From: Spirochaetota bacterium
GTDB lineage: Bacteria; Spirochaetota; UBA4802; UBA5550
Assembly: GCA_041749375.1 (NCBI GenBank)
Contig: JBGTBN010000020.1
Span: 21,828 to 85,827 of the forward strand
Direction: 5' to 3'
DNA: 64,000 bases
This document shows positions 29,344 to 39,826 of this stretch, one piece after another. The position numbers and the translations under genes were made by a program. Below the pieces are notes generated by a model. It was given only the letters and a program-made list of their open reading frames with translations. It ran no database searches and was not told where the DNA came from. Positions within the stretch are counted from its first letter, which is position 1. Each line of letters starts with the position of its first letter.

Positions 29344-31461
29344 ATGAAGAAGCGCGCACCGATGGCGATCATGCCGATTCTGATGGCCGGCCTTCTCTTC
29401 ACAGGCGGCTGCACCCGCGACTCCCGGACATCTTCGCCAAACGCAACGATGATCATGCTCGCCGGGACGCTGTCGTCGCATATCACCGACCGGGCCGTGA
29501 TCGGCGAAGGGCGGGCCTCCGTGCATGAGATCATGGAGTCCACCGGCGCCTCCTCCGTCTCGGTGGCGTATATCGACGGGAAACGGCTGGCATGGGCGGA
29601 GACCTTCGGACTGGCCGATAAAGGATCGATGACGGCGCCCGACGCGGACACTATGTACTGCATCGGCTCCACCAGCAAGGTGATGGCCGCCGTCGCCGTC
29701 ATGAAGCTCGTTGAGATGAACCTCGTTTCACTCGATACGTCGCTCAAGAACTACATTCCATTATTCGAGATGGCATCACCCCAGTCGGAATACGACAAAG
29801 TGACGGTGAGGATGCTTGTCAACCACTCCTCGGGGTTTCCGGGCACCGACGAGCGCAACGCCTCCACCGCATCACCCGTGGCGGACTTTTCAGCCCAGGT
29901 GATGGAGACCCTTGGGACCCAGAGGCTCAAGCATACCCCGGGATACATGCACGTCTACTGCAACGACGGTTTCACCATGGTCGAACAGCTAGTCCTCGCG
30001 GTCACCGGGACAAGCTATGCGGAGTTTCTTCAGGATACGATTTTCACACCGCTCGGCATGGATAACACGAAGTTCCCCCTTGATTATTTTCCCGATGGCA
30101 GCTTTGCAATAAGCTATACGGGCGAAACTCCACGGCCCCAGCTTTTTTTAAACACCTTTGCCTCCGGCGGGCTCTACAGCACACCGACGGACATGGCGAA
30201 AGTGGCCATGATGCTTATGGAAGGAGGGGCACTCGGGAAGGTGCGCATCCTCTTAGAAGCGTCCGTTAACGAGATGGGCACCGACCAGACCATCGGAACG
30301 TTCAACCCGGTCAAGGCACTGTCGTGGAGCTACGGGCTCGGGTGGGATACGGTGACACAGCCCGGCCTGGGCGCCGTCGGCGTAACGGCCTGGCAGAAGG
30401 GCGGGGACGTGCCCGGGTACGGATCCGTGATGACGGTTGCACCTGAGGCCAGGCTGGCGGTCATCGTCATGGGCGCCTCGGGCGGCTTCACCTCGAGCAA
30501 GGCGACCCTGATCGCGGAGAGAATTCTCCTGAGGGCTCTCAAGGCGAAGAAACGGATCGACGCGATGCCGGAGCCCCTCTCGCCGTCGCCCCTTCCGGAG
30601 AAGATCCCGTCGGACGAATTCCTTGACTCCCTGACCGGTTATTACTCGAACTACAACACCTTTCTGCGGGTAGAGAAGCAACTCGACAAGAGCCTGACAA
30701 TTAAGAAATACGATTCGGGGATAGGAGACTGGATCGATTTGCAAACCGGGCTCAAGTTCAGGGATGACGACCGGTTTTCCAGCGATGATAATCCCTCCCG
30801 GTCCTTTTCGTTCATAACCTCCGAAGGGAGGCAGTACCTCATCGCCCGGATGCCCTTGGGATATGGGCATTACCGGGACGACCTGGTATACGCCCAGCGG
30901 GTTGCCGCCGCCGGGGCCCTGCCGGGCCCGTGGGCTGGCAGGGTTGGCCCGAAATGGCTGGTGGTCAACGAACATCCCGAATCCGAGAAATGGGAATCCC
31001 CGCTGATGCGGTTCCATAGCGTGGGCGACCTTCTCTTTTCCGAATGGGACGGCCTCCAGGCTGTGGGCCCCTTCACCGATCCTGACTTCGCGGGCATGAT
31101 GCTCCTGATCCCCCAGCTGGAAGGGAGGGACCTCAATGACGCCGTCATCGAAAACCGCGAGGGCCAGGAATGGATTCGATTCGGCAGTTATTTGTACCGT
31201 CCCCTTTCAACGGTCGGGGTATTAAGCGACGGCACGATCACGATAGGTCCTGATGGGTTTTCGGAATGGAAATCCGTCGACGCCGTTGGCATGACGATAA
31301 CGGCAAGCGTCACTCCTCTCGACCCGGGAGGGCGCTGGAGCGTTTACGACGGCGACTTCCAGCAGATTGAAGCGGGTGAAGGGACGCAATCCTTCACCCT
31401 GTCGGATGGCATGTATTATCTCCTCTTCCATGACAGCGCGTACGTGGACGTGGAGCCGTGA
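29344..31461 (+). CDS. serine hydrolase of beta-lactamase/PBP4-like fold, lipoprotein, with large C-terminal extension
   Basis: lipobox FTGGC; S-x-x-K motif GSTSK; 705 aa. Confidence 0.7.
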   Translation: MKKRAPMAIMPILMAGLLFTGGCTRDSRTSSPNATMIMLAGTLSSHITDRAVIGEGRASVHEIMESTGASSVSVAYIDGKRLAWAETFGLADKGSMTAPDADTMYCIGSTSKVMAAVAVMKLVEMNLVSLDTSLKNYIPLFEMASPQSEYDKVTVRMLVNHSSGFPGTDERNASTASPVADFSAQVMETLGTQRLKHTPGYMHVYCNDGFTMVEQLVLAVTGTSYAEFLQDTIFTPLGMDNTKFPLDYFPDGSFAISYTGETPRPQLFLNTFASGGLYSTPTDMAKVAMMLMEGGALGKVRILLEASVNEMGTDQTIGTFNPVKALSWSYGLGWDTVTQPGLGAVGVTAWQKGGDVPGYGSVMTVAPEARLAVIVMGASGGFTSSKATLIAERILLRALKAKKRIDAMPEPLSPSPLPEKIPSDEFLDSLTGYYSNYNTFLRVEKQLDKSLTIKKYDSGIGDWIDLQTGLKFRDDDRFSSDDNPSRSFSFITSEGRQYLIARMPLGYGHYRDDLVYAQRVAAAGALPGPWAGRVGPKWLVVNEHPESEKWESPLMRFHSVGDLLFSEWDGLQAVGPFTDPDFAGMMLLIPQLEGRDLNDAVIENREGQEWIRFGSYLYRPLSTVGVLSDGTITIGPDGFSEWKSVDAVGMTITASVTPLDPGGRWSVYDGDFQQIEAGEGTQSFTLSDGMYYLLFHDSAYVDVEP

Positions 31462-31591
31462 GGGAAGTTTGCAACATGATTTTATAGTAAAGTGCGTCCT
31501 ATCCAGTACCGGCCCAGGCGACATACTAAACCTTCGCATTGGCCCATACTGAAGACGGAGCATTTTCTTAGATAGTGATGGGAGTAGGGAA

Positions 31592-32204
31592 TCAGCTTCT
31601 CCGGGATGGAGCGGCGTCCTTTGCCGCAGCCAGGCCGCCGGAAGAGAGGGCCGATTCCAGCAACCGCACCGCTTCTATCATCTCGGGGAGGATTCTCTCA
31701 AGATCGTCAGCGGCGATGTAGTTGGCGGTTTCGAGTTTGCTCCCTCTTGGCCGCCGGTACGGCCTGTACATGGTGCAGACAAGTCCCTGGTTAGATACCA
31801 TGATACCCGCGACACGGTGCCGTCGCAGGGCCAGTATCCGATCAAAGAGCTCGGTCCTGCCGCGCAGGCTGTCCGCCGTTTTCTGGCCGAGCTCCATAGT
31901 CTTGTAGACACGCTCGAATGTCGCATGACCGAGGTCGTATCTGGGGGGGCTTCTGGTTGGTGTCGAGGGTCATGATCTTGAAGTCTTCGCTCTTGCAGTT
32001 GAGTTTCACGGAGACGGAGGGAGTGTGCGGGCTGATCTGCACGGGGTAGTCCCGGAATATACCCTCGATGATGCCGAAGAGGTATTTTTGATCGCTTTCG
32101 ACGAGCCGGAGGCCATGTCGCCGTGCCAGCTCCGGGAGCTCTCGGTACGCACGCCGCCTGCCGAGAATCGGTCCGATAAAGGGAATCCATGCCGGAAAGT
32201 TCAT
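31592..32204 (-). pseudogene. hypothetical gene split by a frameshift at a G7 homopolymer (31942-31948)
   Basis: ORFs 31842-32204 and 31592-31897 overlap; removing one base from the run fuses them into one roughly 205-aa ORF. Confidence 0.5.
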
Positions 32205-32248
32205 GCGTCACCTCCATATAATGGAATATCGAAGATGATATACCCATC

Positions 32249-32310
32249 AAATTTTAAGCCCCCTGTCCAGTGCTTTTTGTGTTGAAATTACTCATTTCAT
32301 CTCCCACAAT
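32249..32310 (+). promoter_or_regulatory. conserved promoter-like element copy A (AAGCCCCCTGTCCAGTG, T-run, TTGAAA, 17 nt, CACAAT)
   Basis: upstream of PP2C phosphatase gene; 95% identical to copy B over about 95 bp. Confidence 0.5.
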
Positions 32311-32397
32311 GGTGCAGATAAAACTCATTAGGTCCCTTGTGACTGGTCCTGAAGGTGGAGCAAAATCCTGGATAATCATGAAAGAATGTGAAACTAA

Positions 32398-33741
32398 TTG
32401 ACTACCTCATTTATTGAAAAATTAAAATTTCTGGGCATTTCAAATGCAACGGGAAAAGATGAAATCCCGCATGTTACATTCAGTAATATTTTAATTGTCA
32501 TTGCCGGTTTGGCGGCTTTTGGTTATATACCATATTTTCTTTTTTTTCTCCCCGAATCGGGATTACTTATCGCCGTATTATTCCTTCAGTCTATTTTTTA
32601 TGTTCTCGCCCTCATGTGCAATTATTTCCAGTTTTATTTTCTCGCAAGAAATGTCTTGTGTCTTACCGGATTTGTTTTCACGCTCCTCGAGGCGGTGTTC
32701 TCGCAATATTATTGCGACATGCATTATTTCCTGCTCATCGGCGTAATGTTCACGTTTTATTTATTTCCCGATAAAGAAAGAAGGTATAGTTATTTTGTCG
32801 CCGTGTGTTTTGGGGCTGCATTCATAGCGGTAGAGATCTACATGGCATGTAACAGCCCTTTCCAATCCCCACCTGCTTTCATCATGAACCTCAAGCATGT
32901 TGTCCGGTCGGCCCTTCTCCTGCTGACATTTTTCTTTGCATATTACTCCTATAAAACCATCAGGAGATTCCAGGTCAAGCTGAAGGCCGAGAACCGGAAA
33001 ATGGAAAAGGAGATCAGCCTTGCCCGGAATATCCAGGTTCATATTATTCCTGCACGAGACCCGATTGAATACATGTATTCCCTTTATAAACCGATGGAGC
33101 AGGTGGGGGGAGACTTCTATGATTATCTTTTCTTCAGTGATTCAGATAAAATCGGCATATTCCTCAGCGATGTTTCCGGCCATGGCGTCCCCGCGGCCTT
33201 TATCACATCAATGATTAAGACCGCGATATTGCAATCCGGGCCTGTTAAACATGACCCCTCCCGCCTGCTTATGTTTCTCAATGACATATTGATCCAGCAA
33301 TCCGGCAGTAATTATGTAACCGCCTTGTACTGCATATATAATCCTACTGGCAGGACCCTGCTTTTCTCAAGCGCGGGGCACACCCGCCCCTACCTGATTG
33401 ATGCATCCGGAGTAGTTGAGTTGACGGGAGATAAATGTATTGCCCTTGCGATCATGAATAATGAGAATCTTGTAAAGCATAATAAGACATTCACGAATAC
33501 GGAAATTTCCCTAGAAAAGAACAGCAAGCTTCTTCTTTATACCGATGGATTGACCGAAGCGCGATCCAAAGTTAACAGGGAAATATTTTTTGAAACAGCT
33601 GGAATTGAGCAGTTGTTTCTAAATTACCATTCGTTGCCGTGCAAAGAATTCGTCATGAGTATTTATAATAACCTGATCGAATTCAACGGAAGCGAAAACT
33701 TCGAGGATGATATTTGCATGATCTGCCTCGATGTGAAATAA
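32398..33741 (+). CDS. membrane-anchored PP2C-type serine phosphatase (SpoIIE/RsbU family)
   Basis: N-terminal multi-TM domain; C-terminal GGDFYD...DVSGHG...YTDGLTE PP2C motifs; AT-rich gene; start codon uncertain (TTG). Confidence 0.8.
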   Translation: MTTSFIEKLKFLGISNATGKDEIPHVTFSNILIVIAGLAAFGYIPYFLFFLPESGLLIAVLFLQSIFYVLALMCNYFQFYFLARNVLCLTGFVFTLLEAVFSQYYCDMHYFLLIGVMFTFYLFPDKERRYSYFVAVCFGAAFIAVEIYMACNSPFQSPPAFIMNLKHVVRSALLLLTFFFAYYSYKTIRRFQVKLKAENRKMEKEISLARNIQVHIIPARDPIEYMYSLYKPMEQVGGDFYDYLFFSDSDKIGIFLSDVSGHGVPAAFITSMIKTAILQSGPVKHDPSRLLMFLNDILIQQSGSNYVTALYCIYNPTGRTLLFSSAGHTRPYLIDASGVVELTGDKCIALAIMNNENLVKHNKTFTNTEISLEKNSKLLLYTDGLTEARSKVNREIFFETAGIEQLFLNYHSLPCKEFVMSIYNNLIEFNGSENFEDDICMICLDVK

Positions 33742-34021
33742 TTAAGGGGCTTGTATAAGGATCTGGACACATAAAAAAATAATACAAAGATTGCAAACCG
33801 CGTCTCACCTTTTCCTTTTCCTTTTCATTTTTATCATCGAGTATGAAGGCTCCGTTACACGAGCCGGAGGTGACGATTTCGAACCAGGCCTTTCCTGCGT
33901 GCCAGGGGAGCACCCCGGTCGAGTCGGCGATCATGAAAGCCATGTTGTCGAGCATATAATTGCTGACCGCGGTAAAGTCGTCGCGCCACACGAGGTGTGC
34001 CGCGGTCTTGGTCACCGACAA
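33683..34021 (-). pseudogene. possible gene remnant (truncated ORF overlapping 3' end of PP2C gene)
   Basis: 112-aa ORF with protein-like composition but no start context. Confidence 0.2.
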
Positions 34022-34068
34022 ATATTTTCACTTTTTTCTTGAGGTGCACAAGCAGGGGTGAGCCGACG

Positions 34069-34130
34069 AAATTTTAAGCCACCTGTCCAGCGCTTTTTGT
34101 GTTGAAATTACTCATTTCATCTCCCACAAT
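34069..34130 (+). promoter_or_regulatory. conserved promoter-like element copy B (orphan, no downstream plus-strand gene)
   Basis: AAGCCACCTGTCCAGCGC, T-run, TTGAAA, 17 nt, CACAAT; followed at +14 by hairpin and U-tract. Confidence 0.45.
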
Positions 34131-34143
34131 GGTTCACATAAAA

Positions 34144-34203
34144 CTCATTCAGTCGCATAAGTCTTTACTGAATGAGGGGGCTCTTTCCTATATATTTTTT
34201 AAT
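34144..34203. terminator. bidirectional terminator hairpin CTCATTCAGT-N13-ACTGAATGAG with T/A tracts on both sides
   Basis: perfect 10-bp arms; lies between copy-B promoter and 3' end of minus-strand AraC-family gene. Confidence 0.55.
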
Positions 34204-34205
34204 AG

Positions 34206-35762
34206 CTACGCCATATCCCGGTATTCGGTCGGCGTTTTCCCGATGACGCTCTTGAAGACCCTGTTGAAGGTGGTGAGGCTCTCGAACCCGACGGCAAACG
34301 CAATCTCGATGATCTTCTCGTCCCGTTTCGACAGCTTCGCAGCCGCGTCCTCGATCCTGAGCTTGTTGATATAGTCGTTTATCTTGTAGCCGGTATATTT
34401 TTTAAAGAGTGTGCTCATGTAATTGGGATTCAGCCCGACCGCGGCGGCGAGCCCTTCCCGCGACAGGTCGGAGGTGTAGTTTTCCTTTATAAACTGTAAT
34501 ATCTTCTCGAGCTTCTCCTGGGTCGTCTCGCTTATGACCGGCTCCCCGACTTTAAGCCGGTCGTAGAGATGGTTTATCTCCGCGTTCTTCTTCGTAATGT
34601 CCCTGGCAAACAGAATCACGAAAAGGAGGAAAAACACCGGCGAGCAGAAGGTCGCCAGGAGGAAGGTAAACCTTCCGCCCGTTATCGACAGTATCACCTC
34701 TATCAGGATCACCAGGCCGCCGCCGATGGAGCTGAACAGGGAGAGCCAGAATTTGTACCAGTCGGGCTTCAGCCGGTTGAGCCTGACAGTGAGCGCCACG
34801 GCAAACGGCACATTGAAGCATACCGTGAGAATGCCCAGAACGTCCCCCGTGTAATGGGTATAGGGGATGTCGACCCGGTAGACGAGCATAAACCCGAGGA
34901 AATTGAGCACGACCACGGCCAGGAGTGCCGGCACCAGTATCCTGTTATAATTGGTGATATAGATCCCGTAGATCGACTGTATTATCAGTATCAGGGCGAT
35001 CGAGAAAAACTGGACCGTTGCGGCGTGCATGAACTTGATCGCCAGGAAATCCAGGTCATGGAACGGGTAGAAAAGCGAGGCAATATAGAAAATATAGATG
35101 ATCACGCCGAAGGAGCTGTACAGGTATTGTTTTTCCGTCCTGTTCCATAGATAAAAAATGGCAAGAACTATGAACGCGAAAAAAGCCACGATGACGACGG
35201 CCATGGGAAGGTAGATATAGACCAGGTCGCCCCCTAAACGGACGCGCGAAAAGCGGGCCTCTTCCTGTATGGAGACCGTCGAGAGTATGCCACCATACTC
35301 GTTCGCAAAAATGCCGATCCGCACGAGCACCGTGTTGGGACCCCTCACGAGGGTCCCCGGCGGGATCTCGTAACTGCGGCTGCGGTACATGATGCTGATG
35401 TCGCCGGGCGCACTGGACCCGACGGGCTTGCCGTTCACGTACACGCTGTCCGTGTAGTATATCCTGCCCAGCGAAATGCCGTAATAGGCCGATGGATCTC
35501 CCGGCATGTCAAACGTGCCCTTCAGCCAGGCGTGCTGCATGCCCCTGACGCTGCGGGAGGGAAGCCTGAACGTGGCGGGGATGATGAAGGGCCGCCAGTC
35601 TCTCCCGCTGCCGATTTTTTCCAGGGATGGCTCATCGTCATGCAGGATGCTCCACAGCGTCACGGGAATGGAAGAGACGTCGCTGCCGCATGAAACGCAG
35701 AGACAGGCGGCGCAGAGCGCGGCGAGAACTAACAGGCCTGGTACTCGTTTGAGGCAACTCAT
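34206..35762 (-). CDS. 7TMR-DISM sensor-containing AraC-family transcriptional regulator
   Basis: signal plus periplasmic domain, 7 TM helices, C-terminal AraC HTH. Confidence 0.75.
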   Translation of the reverse strand: MSCLKRVPGLLVLAALCAACLCVSCGSDVSSIPVTLWSILHDDEPSLEKIGSGRDWRPFIIPATFRLPSRSVRGMQHAWLKGTFDMPGDPSAYYGISLGRIYYTDSVYVNGKPVGSSAPGDISIMYRSRSYEIPPGTLVRGPNTVLVRIGIFANEYGGILSTVSIQEEARFSRVRLGGDLVYIYLPMAVVIVAFFAFIVLAIFYLWNRTEKQYLYSSFGVIIYIFYIASLFYPFHDLDFLAIKFMHAATVQFFSIALILIIQSIYGIYITNYNRILVPALLAVVVLNFLGFMLVYRVDIPYTHYTGDVLGILTVCFNVPFAVALTVRLNRLKPDWYKFWLSLFSSIGGGLVILIEVILSITGGRFTFLLATFCSPVFFLLFVILFARDITKKNAEINHLYDRLKVGEPVISETTQEKLEKILQFIKENYTSDLSREGLAAAVGLNPNYMSTLFKKYTGYKINDYINKLRIEDAAAKLSKRDEKIIEIAFAVGFESLTTFNRVFKSVIGKTPTEYRDMA

Positions 35763-35764
35763 TG

Positions 35765-37998
35765 TTATTTCTTCTCTGGCTTTACGGTCAGGAAATACTC
35801 GCCGTACACTTCGTGGAAGCTTGACGTGCCGAGGTGCCTTGTCTCCCCGTAATAGAACTCGGAGCGCGGGTCCGTGGAATAGGAATAATTCATGAATATG
35901 AGGGAGGCGTCTATGCCGAAAAATCCGGACAGGGAGGTCACGGTCTCCGGCGCAAGGCCGGCCCCGGGAACGCCGACAAGAAGCGTATCCGAGCTTCCGC
36001 CAAGCGGGGCCGGCGGGACCGCGTCTTCAGCCCCGCTCTCCCGGCCGGGAAGCGCGAAGCGGCCCCGGTGCAGCGATCCCCATGTCCATTTGTCCATGAC
36101 CGGACCCGAGCCCCTGTTGAACCAGCGCATCGTCTTGAGAAACGCCCGGTCGAAGATGGTGTCGCGGTTCTCGCGCGGGAAGGTGGCCGTATCGTCGAAG
36201 CGGGACGCCCCCCTGTCCCTGACGATCCCGTAAAACTGCGGCACCAGCAGGTCCCAGCGCTCCATCCCGTCGCCGGCCATGTTTTTCAGGTCGTCGCCGT
36301 ACGCCTCGGACATGAAGTGCTCCAGCAGCACGTAAAAGAGCGAGGGTGCGACCGAGCCGGCGTCCATGCGGCAGGCCCAGTTCTGGAAATAAATCCTGGT
36401 GAGGCGCGATGATGCAACGGGATTGTCCCCGAGTATCGACAGGAACTCGGGCAGGAACAGCCCGGCGAACGGCGAATAGGTGTCCGCGAGTACATTCTCC
36501 ACGTCCTTGCCGGCAAACCGCTTTTTCCGGTCCAGGAGGGCGTTCAGCCGACCGCTCCGCTCGTCTTCGACGATCGTATTATCCCGAACCGCAGCCGGCG
36601 CGTCCGACGTAAAGGAGCTGCCCGCAGCAATGGCGCCGCCTGTCCTGTCCTGGAAGGCCGAAAGCTCCGTCATGCCGTTCCAGGCGGCGTCCGCTCCGTG
36701 CCTCAGCACACCGTCGGTCTTCGTCCTGACCGGCGCCTGCCCCGACCAGGCGCGGAGCGCGGCATCATCCGCGCCGAAGAGATACACGCGCGGGAAGGAG
36801 CGGACGTTTCGCGCCAGCGCCCCGGCCTCCTCGATGCTTTTCGCGACAGGGATCCCGAACAGAGAGGCGATGTAGTCCTCGCCGGGCGTCACCGACCTGA
36901 TCGTTACCACGAACGAGCCGTTCTCGTTGTTCTCATACACGTCGTTGAGCAGGGGACCGTGCTCCGTGACGCGCACCGCGCCGGCGCCGCCAGGCCGCTC
37001 AAAGTCGCGCCAGCCCGCGACACCCAGGTACTGGTAGGTCTCCCCGGTCCTGACGATCGGTATGGCGATGAAGTCCTGCGCGTCCACGTTCAGCGTGAAT
37101 CCGAAAAAGGCCATGTCCAGGTTGGTGCCCGAAAAGATAAAGGGCATGCCCGCGTGCGTGATCCCCTTGATGATCCGGTCCGGCGTGTTGACATGGAGCG
37201 GGTACCACCCCGGGTAGAGCGACAGCGGGTCCTCGCAGGAGAAGGCCGTCACGGGGTAACGCTCCTTCACCTTCTGCGCCGGGAGATAGAAAGCGTACCC
37301 CCGGCCGAAGGCGCCAATCCGCTTTTTCACGAGCTTCTTGATCTTCCGGATGACCTCGACGCAGTCCGCCTCGTCCTCCGGGTAATAATGGATGAGATTT
37401 TCGGGTATAATGTCTTTCAGGCCGGCGGCGCTCTCCTCGCGGGAGAACTGGAAGATCGTCTCCCTGTTGTTTAAAAGAGCATTGGACCACTCCCGGAGGA
37501 GCAGGATGGCGATCCCATCCTCCGGCATCCAGTCGCGGGCCTCGCTGTTCTCAAGGCGCAGGTCGGCACGGGCCGTGTTGACGCCGCGCGCGTACGCCTT
37601 CAGGTACGATGCGTACGGCTCCCTCACGATCATCACGATCTCCCGCGCGCGCACCATGAAGCCCATGGCGCGGGAAAGCCTGCCGAGCGCCGGGCCGTCA
37701 GCACCCGCGATTCCGCCTGTCTCGGCAGCAGCAATGGCGCGGAAATATACCATCTGGTCGTACCGGTCCTGCGCGTGCAGGTAGCCGACCGCAAAATAGA
37801 CGTCCTCGAAAATTTTCGCCTGGATAAGGGGGGTCCCGTTGATATCGCGCTCGAGCACTATGTCTGACGCCACGGGGCCCCGGGTCGTCCCGGCATAGGA
37901 GATGCGGCCGCCGTAGCGGGTCATGAGGACTATGGCGGTCACGATCAGCGCGAGCGCCCCGACGCAGATTCCCGTTATGATGAGCTTCTTTTTCATAT
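35765..37998 (-). CDS. penicillin acylase family (Ntn-hydrolase, AHL/penicillin amidase-like)
   Basis: GYLHAQDRYDQM motif near N-terminus characteristic of penicillin amidase family; start placed at MKKKLIITG (ATG 37998). Confidence 0.8.
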
Positions 37999-38039
37999 GA
38001 CCGGCGTATCCCGGGGAGGATTTCGGCGCGGAGGCCGTG

Positions 38040-38474
38040 TTATCCCCTGATCCTGATCGAGGCCTTGACGACTTCGAGCCTGGTGTAGTAGCTGTCCAGG
38101 AGAGAGAAGAAGCGGCCGAAACCGCCGGACGCATCGATTATCGACTTCCCTTTTACCAGCTTCGCCACGGTCTTCACGTCGGTGGTATAGATGTGACACT
38201 GGACCTGGCCTTTCTGAGTCTGCACGTCGGCAATGACACAGAAATCGTAATCGATGTTGTTCGAGTCAATCACGTCCTTCACGATCAGGCCGACAAGCTC
38301 GATCCTGCGCTTTCCCAGCTCGTCCCGGATCAAAGACTTCAGGGCCGGGTTGTCCGTGGCCTCGATCCGCGCTTTTTCCTGGACAACTCCATCAATTAGT
38401 ATGGCCTTCTTGAATGCGCCGCACGACAGGAGGACGGCAGCGGCTATGATCAGAACGAACAGGTTGCGTTTCAT
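38040..38474 (-). CDS. hypothetical lipoprotein
   Basis: signal with lipobox LLSCGA. Confidence 0.55.
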   Translation of the reverse strand: MKRNLFVLIIAAAVLLSCGAFKKAILIDGVVQEKARIEATDNPALKSLIRDELGKRRIELVGLIVKDVIDSNNIDYDFCVIADVQTQKGQVQCHIYTTDVKTVAKLVKGKSIIDASGGFGRFFSLLDSYYTRLEVVKASIRIRG

Positions 38475-38692
38475 GTAATGGCTCCTCTTTCATAAACTCC
38501 CCGGCCGCGGCAGCGGTGCCCGGTCCGGCCGGTCAAAACGGGATAATATCGATATTCAACGCCATTCACCAAATTTGTCAAATAAATAATGCCCGCCAAA
38601 TGCCGCATCGGGGCACTCCGGCATTTGTCCTTGACAGCGGCCGGCCGCCCCGCCATGGTTTTCCGGTCAAATACGAGGGAGAGAATGGTGCC

Positions 38693-39796
38693 ATGAGATC
38701 AAAAAAAGGGGCCGCGAACAAAAAGCCGTCGGTGCTCATCACTGGCGGCTCCGGTTTCCTGGGCGCCGCGCTGCTGCGCGAGCTGCTGAAGAAGCCGGGC
38801 CGTGAGACCCTCTCCCCCGGCGAGATCCGGATCTTCGACACCCGGCCGCCGGAACATGCATCCGACCCGCGGGTCCGCTACCTTCCCGGGGATATCCGCT
38901 CCGCCGAGGCGCTGGACAAAGCGTGCGCCGGCGTCGACCTTGTCTTTCACTGCGCCGCGATCGTCGACTGGGGACAGGCCCCCCGCTCGCGCATTTACGA
39001 CATTAACGTTACCGGAACCCGGAACGTGATCGGGGCGGCACGGCGCGCGGGCGTCCTGGCGCTGGTCCATACCAGCACCATGGACGTGGTCTACGACGGC
39101 AGGCCCATAACAGGGGGCGACGAAACGAAGCCCTACCCGAAAAAATTCACCATGGCCTATGCGGAGACCAAGGCCCGGGCCGAGCGGGCTGTCCTCGAAG
39201 CGGACGGGACCCGGGAACGGGGCGCTCCCGGGAATGCGCCGCCCCTGCGGACCTGCGTGATCCGTCCCTGCGGCATGTTCGGCGAAGGCGACCCCTACCA
39301 CGTCAGCTCGTTCTTGAAGATGGCGCGCGAGGGCAGGCTCACCTTCCGCATCGGCAACGGCAGGTCCCTGTTCCAGCATGTGTACGTGGGGAACGTCGCG
39401 CACGCGCACATTCTGGCGGCGTGCTCGCTCCTGGACCCGGAGCCTGCGGCCGCGGGAAAGGCCTACATCATCACCGATTTTGAGGCGAAGAATTTCTTCG
39501 ACTACATGGAGCCGATACTGGAGGGGATCGGGTACCGGATGCCGCCGAAGCGCCGGAGTATACCGATGCCGGTCATGTACGCGCTGGGCGGGATCATGGA
39601 GTTCGCCTCCTTCCTCTGCCGGCCCATCGTCCGGCTGCAGCCCCTCGTCAGCAGGACCAGTGTCGCCATGGTCTGCAAGGAGATGACGTTTTGCGGCGAC
39701 CGGGCGTGCCGCGAGCTGGGGTACAGCCCCCTCTACTCCGAGGAGGAGGCCATCGCCCGCACCATCGAATACTTCAGGGCGCTGGAGCACGCATGA
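38693..39796 (+). CDS. NAD-dependent epimerase/dehydratase (3-beta-hydroxysteroid dehydrogenase/isomerase family)
   Basis: ITGGSGFLG Rossmann motif, YxxxK (YAETK) active site. Confidence 0.8.
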   Translation: MRSKKGAANKKPSVLITGGSGFLGAALLRELLKKPGRETLSPGEIRIFDTRPPEHASDPRVRYLPGDIRSAEALDKACAGVDLVFHCAAIVDWGQAPRSRIYDINVTGTRNVIGAARRAGVLALVHTSTMDVVYDGRPITGGDETKPYPKKFTMAYAETKARAERAVLEADGTRERGAPGNAPPLRTCVIRPCGMFGEGDPYHVSSFLKMAREGRLTFRIGNGRSLFQHVYVGNVAHAHILAACSLLDPEPAAAGKAYIITDFEAKNFFDYMEPILEGIGYRMPPKRRSIPMPVMYALGGIMEFASFLCRPIVRLQPLVSRTSVAMVCKEMTFCGDRACRELGYSPLYSEEEAIARTIEYFRALEHA

Positions 39797-39826
39797 CGGA
39801 CGACGTCCCCGCGCACCCGCGACGCA

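Noticed and set aside
34099-34374. 91-aa plus-strand ORF downstream of promoter copy B
   Set aside because: It lies entirely antisense within the 3' end of the AraC-family gene, begins after the hairpin and U-tract terminator, and has low-complexity composition.
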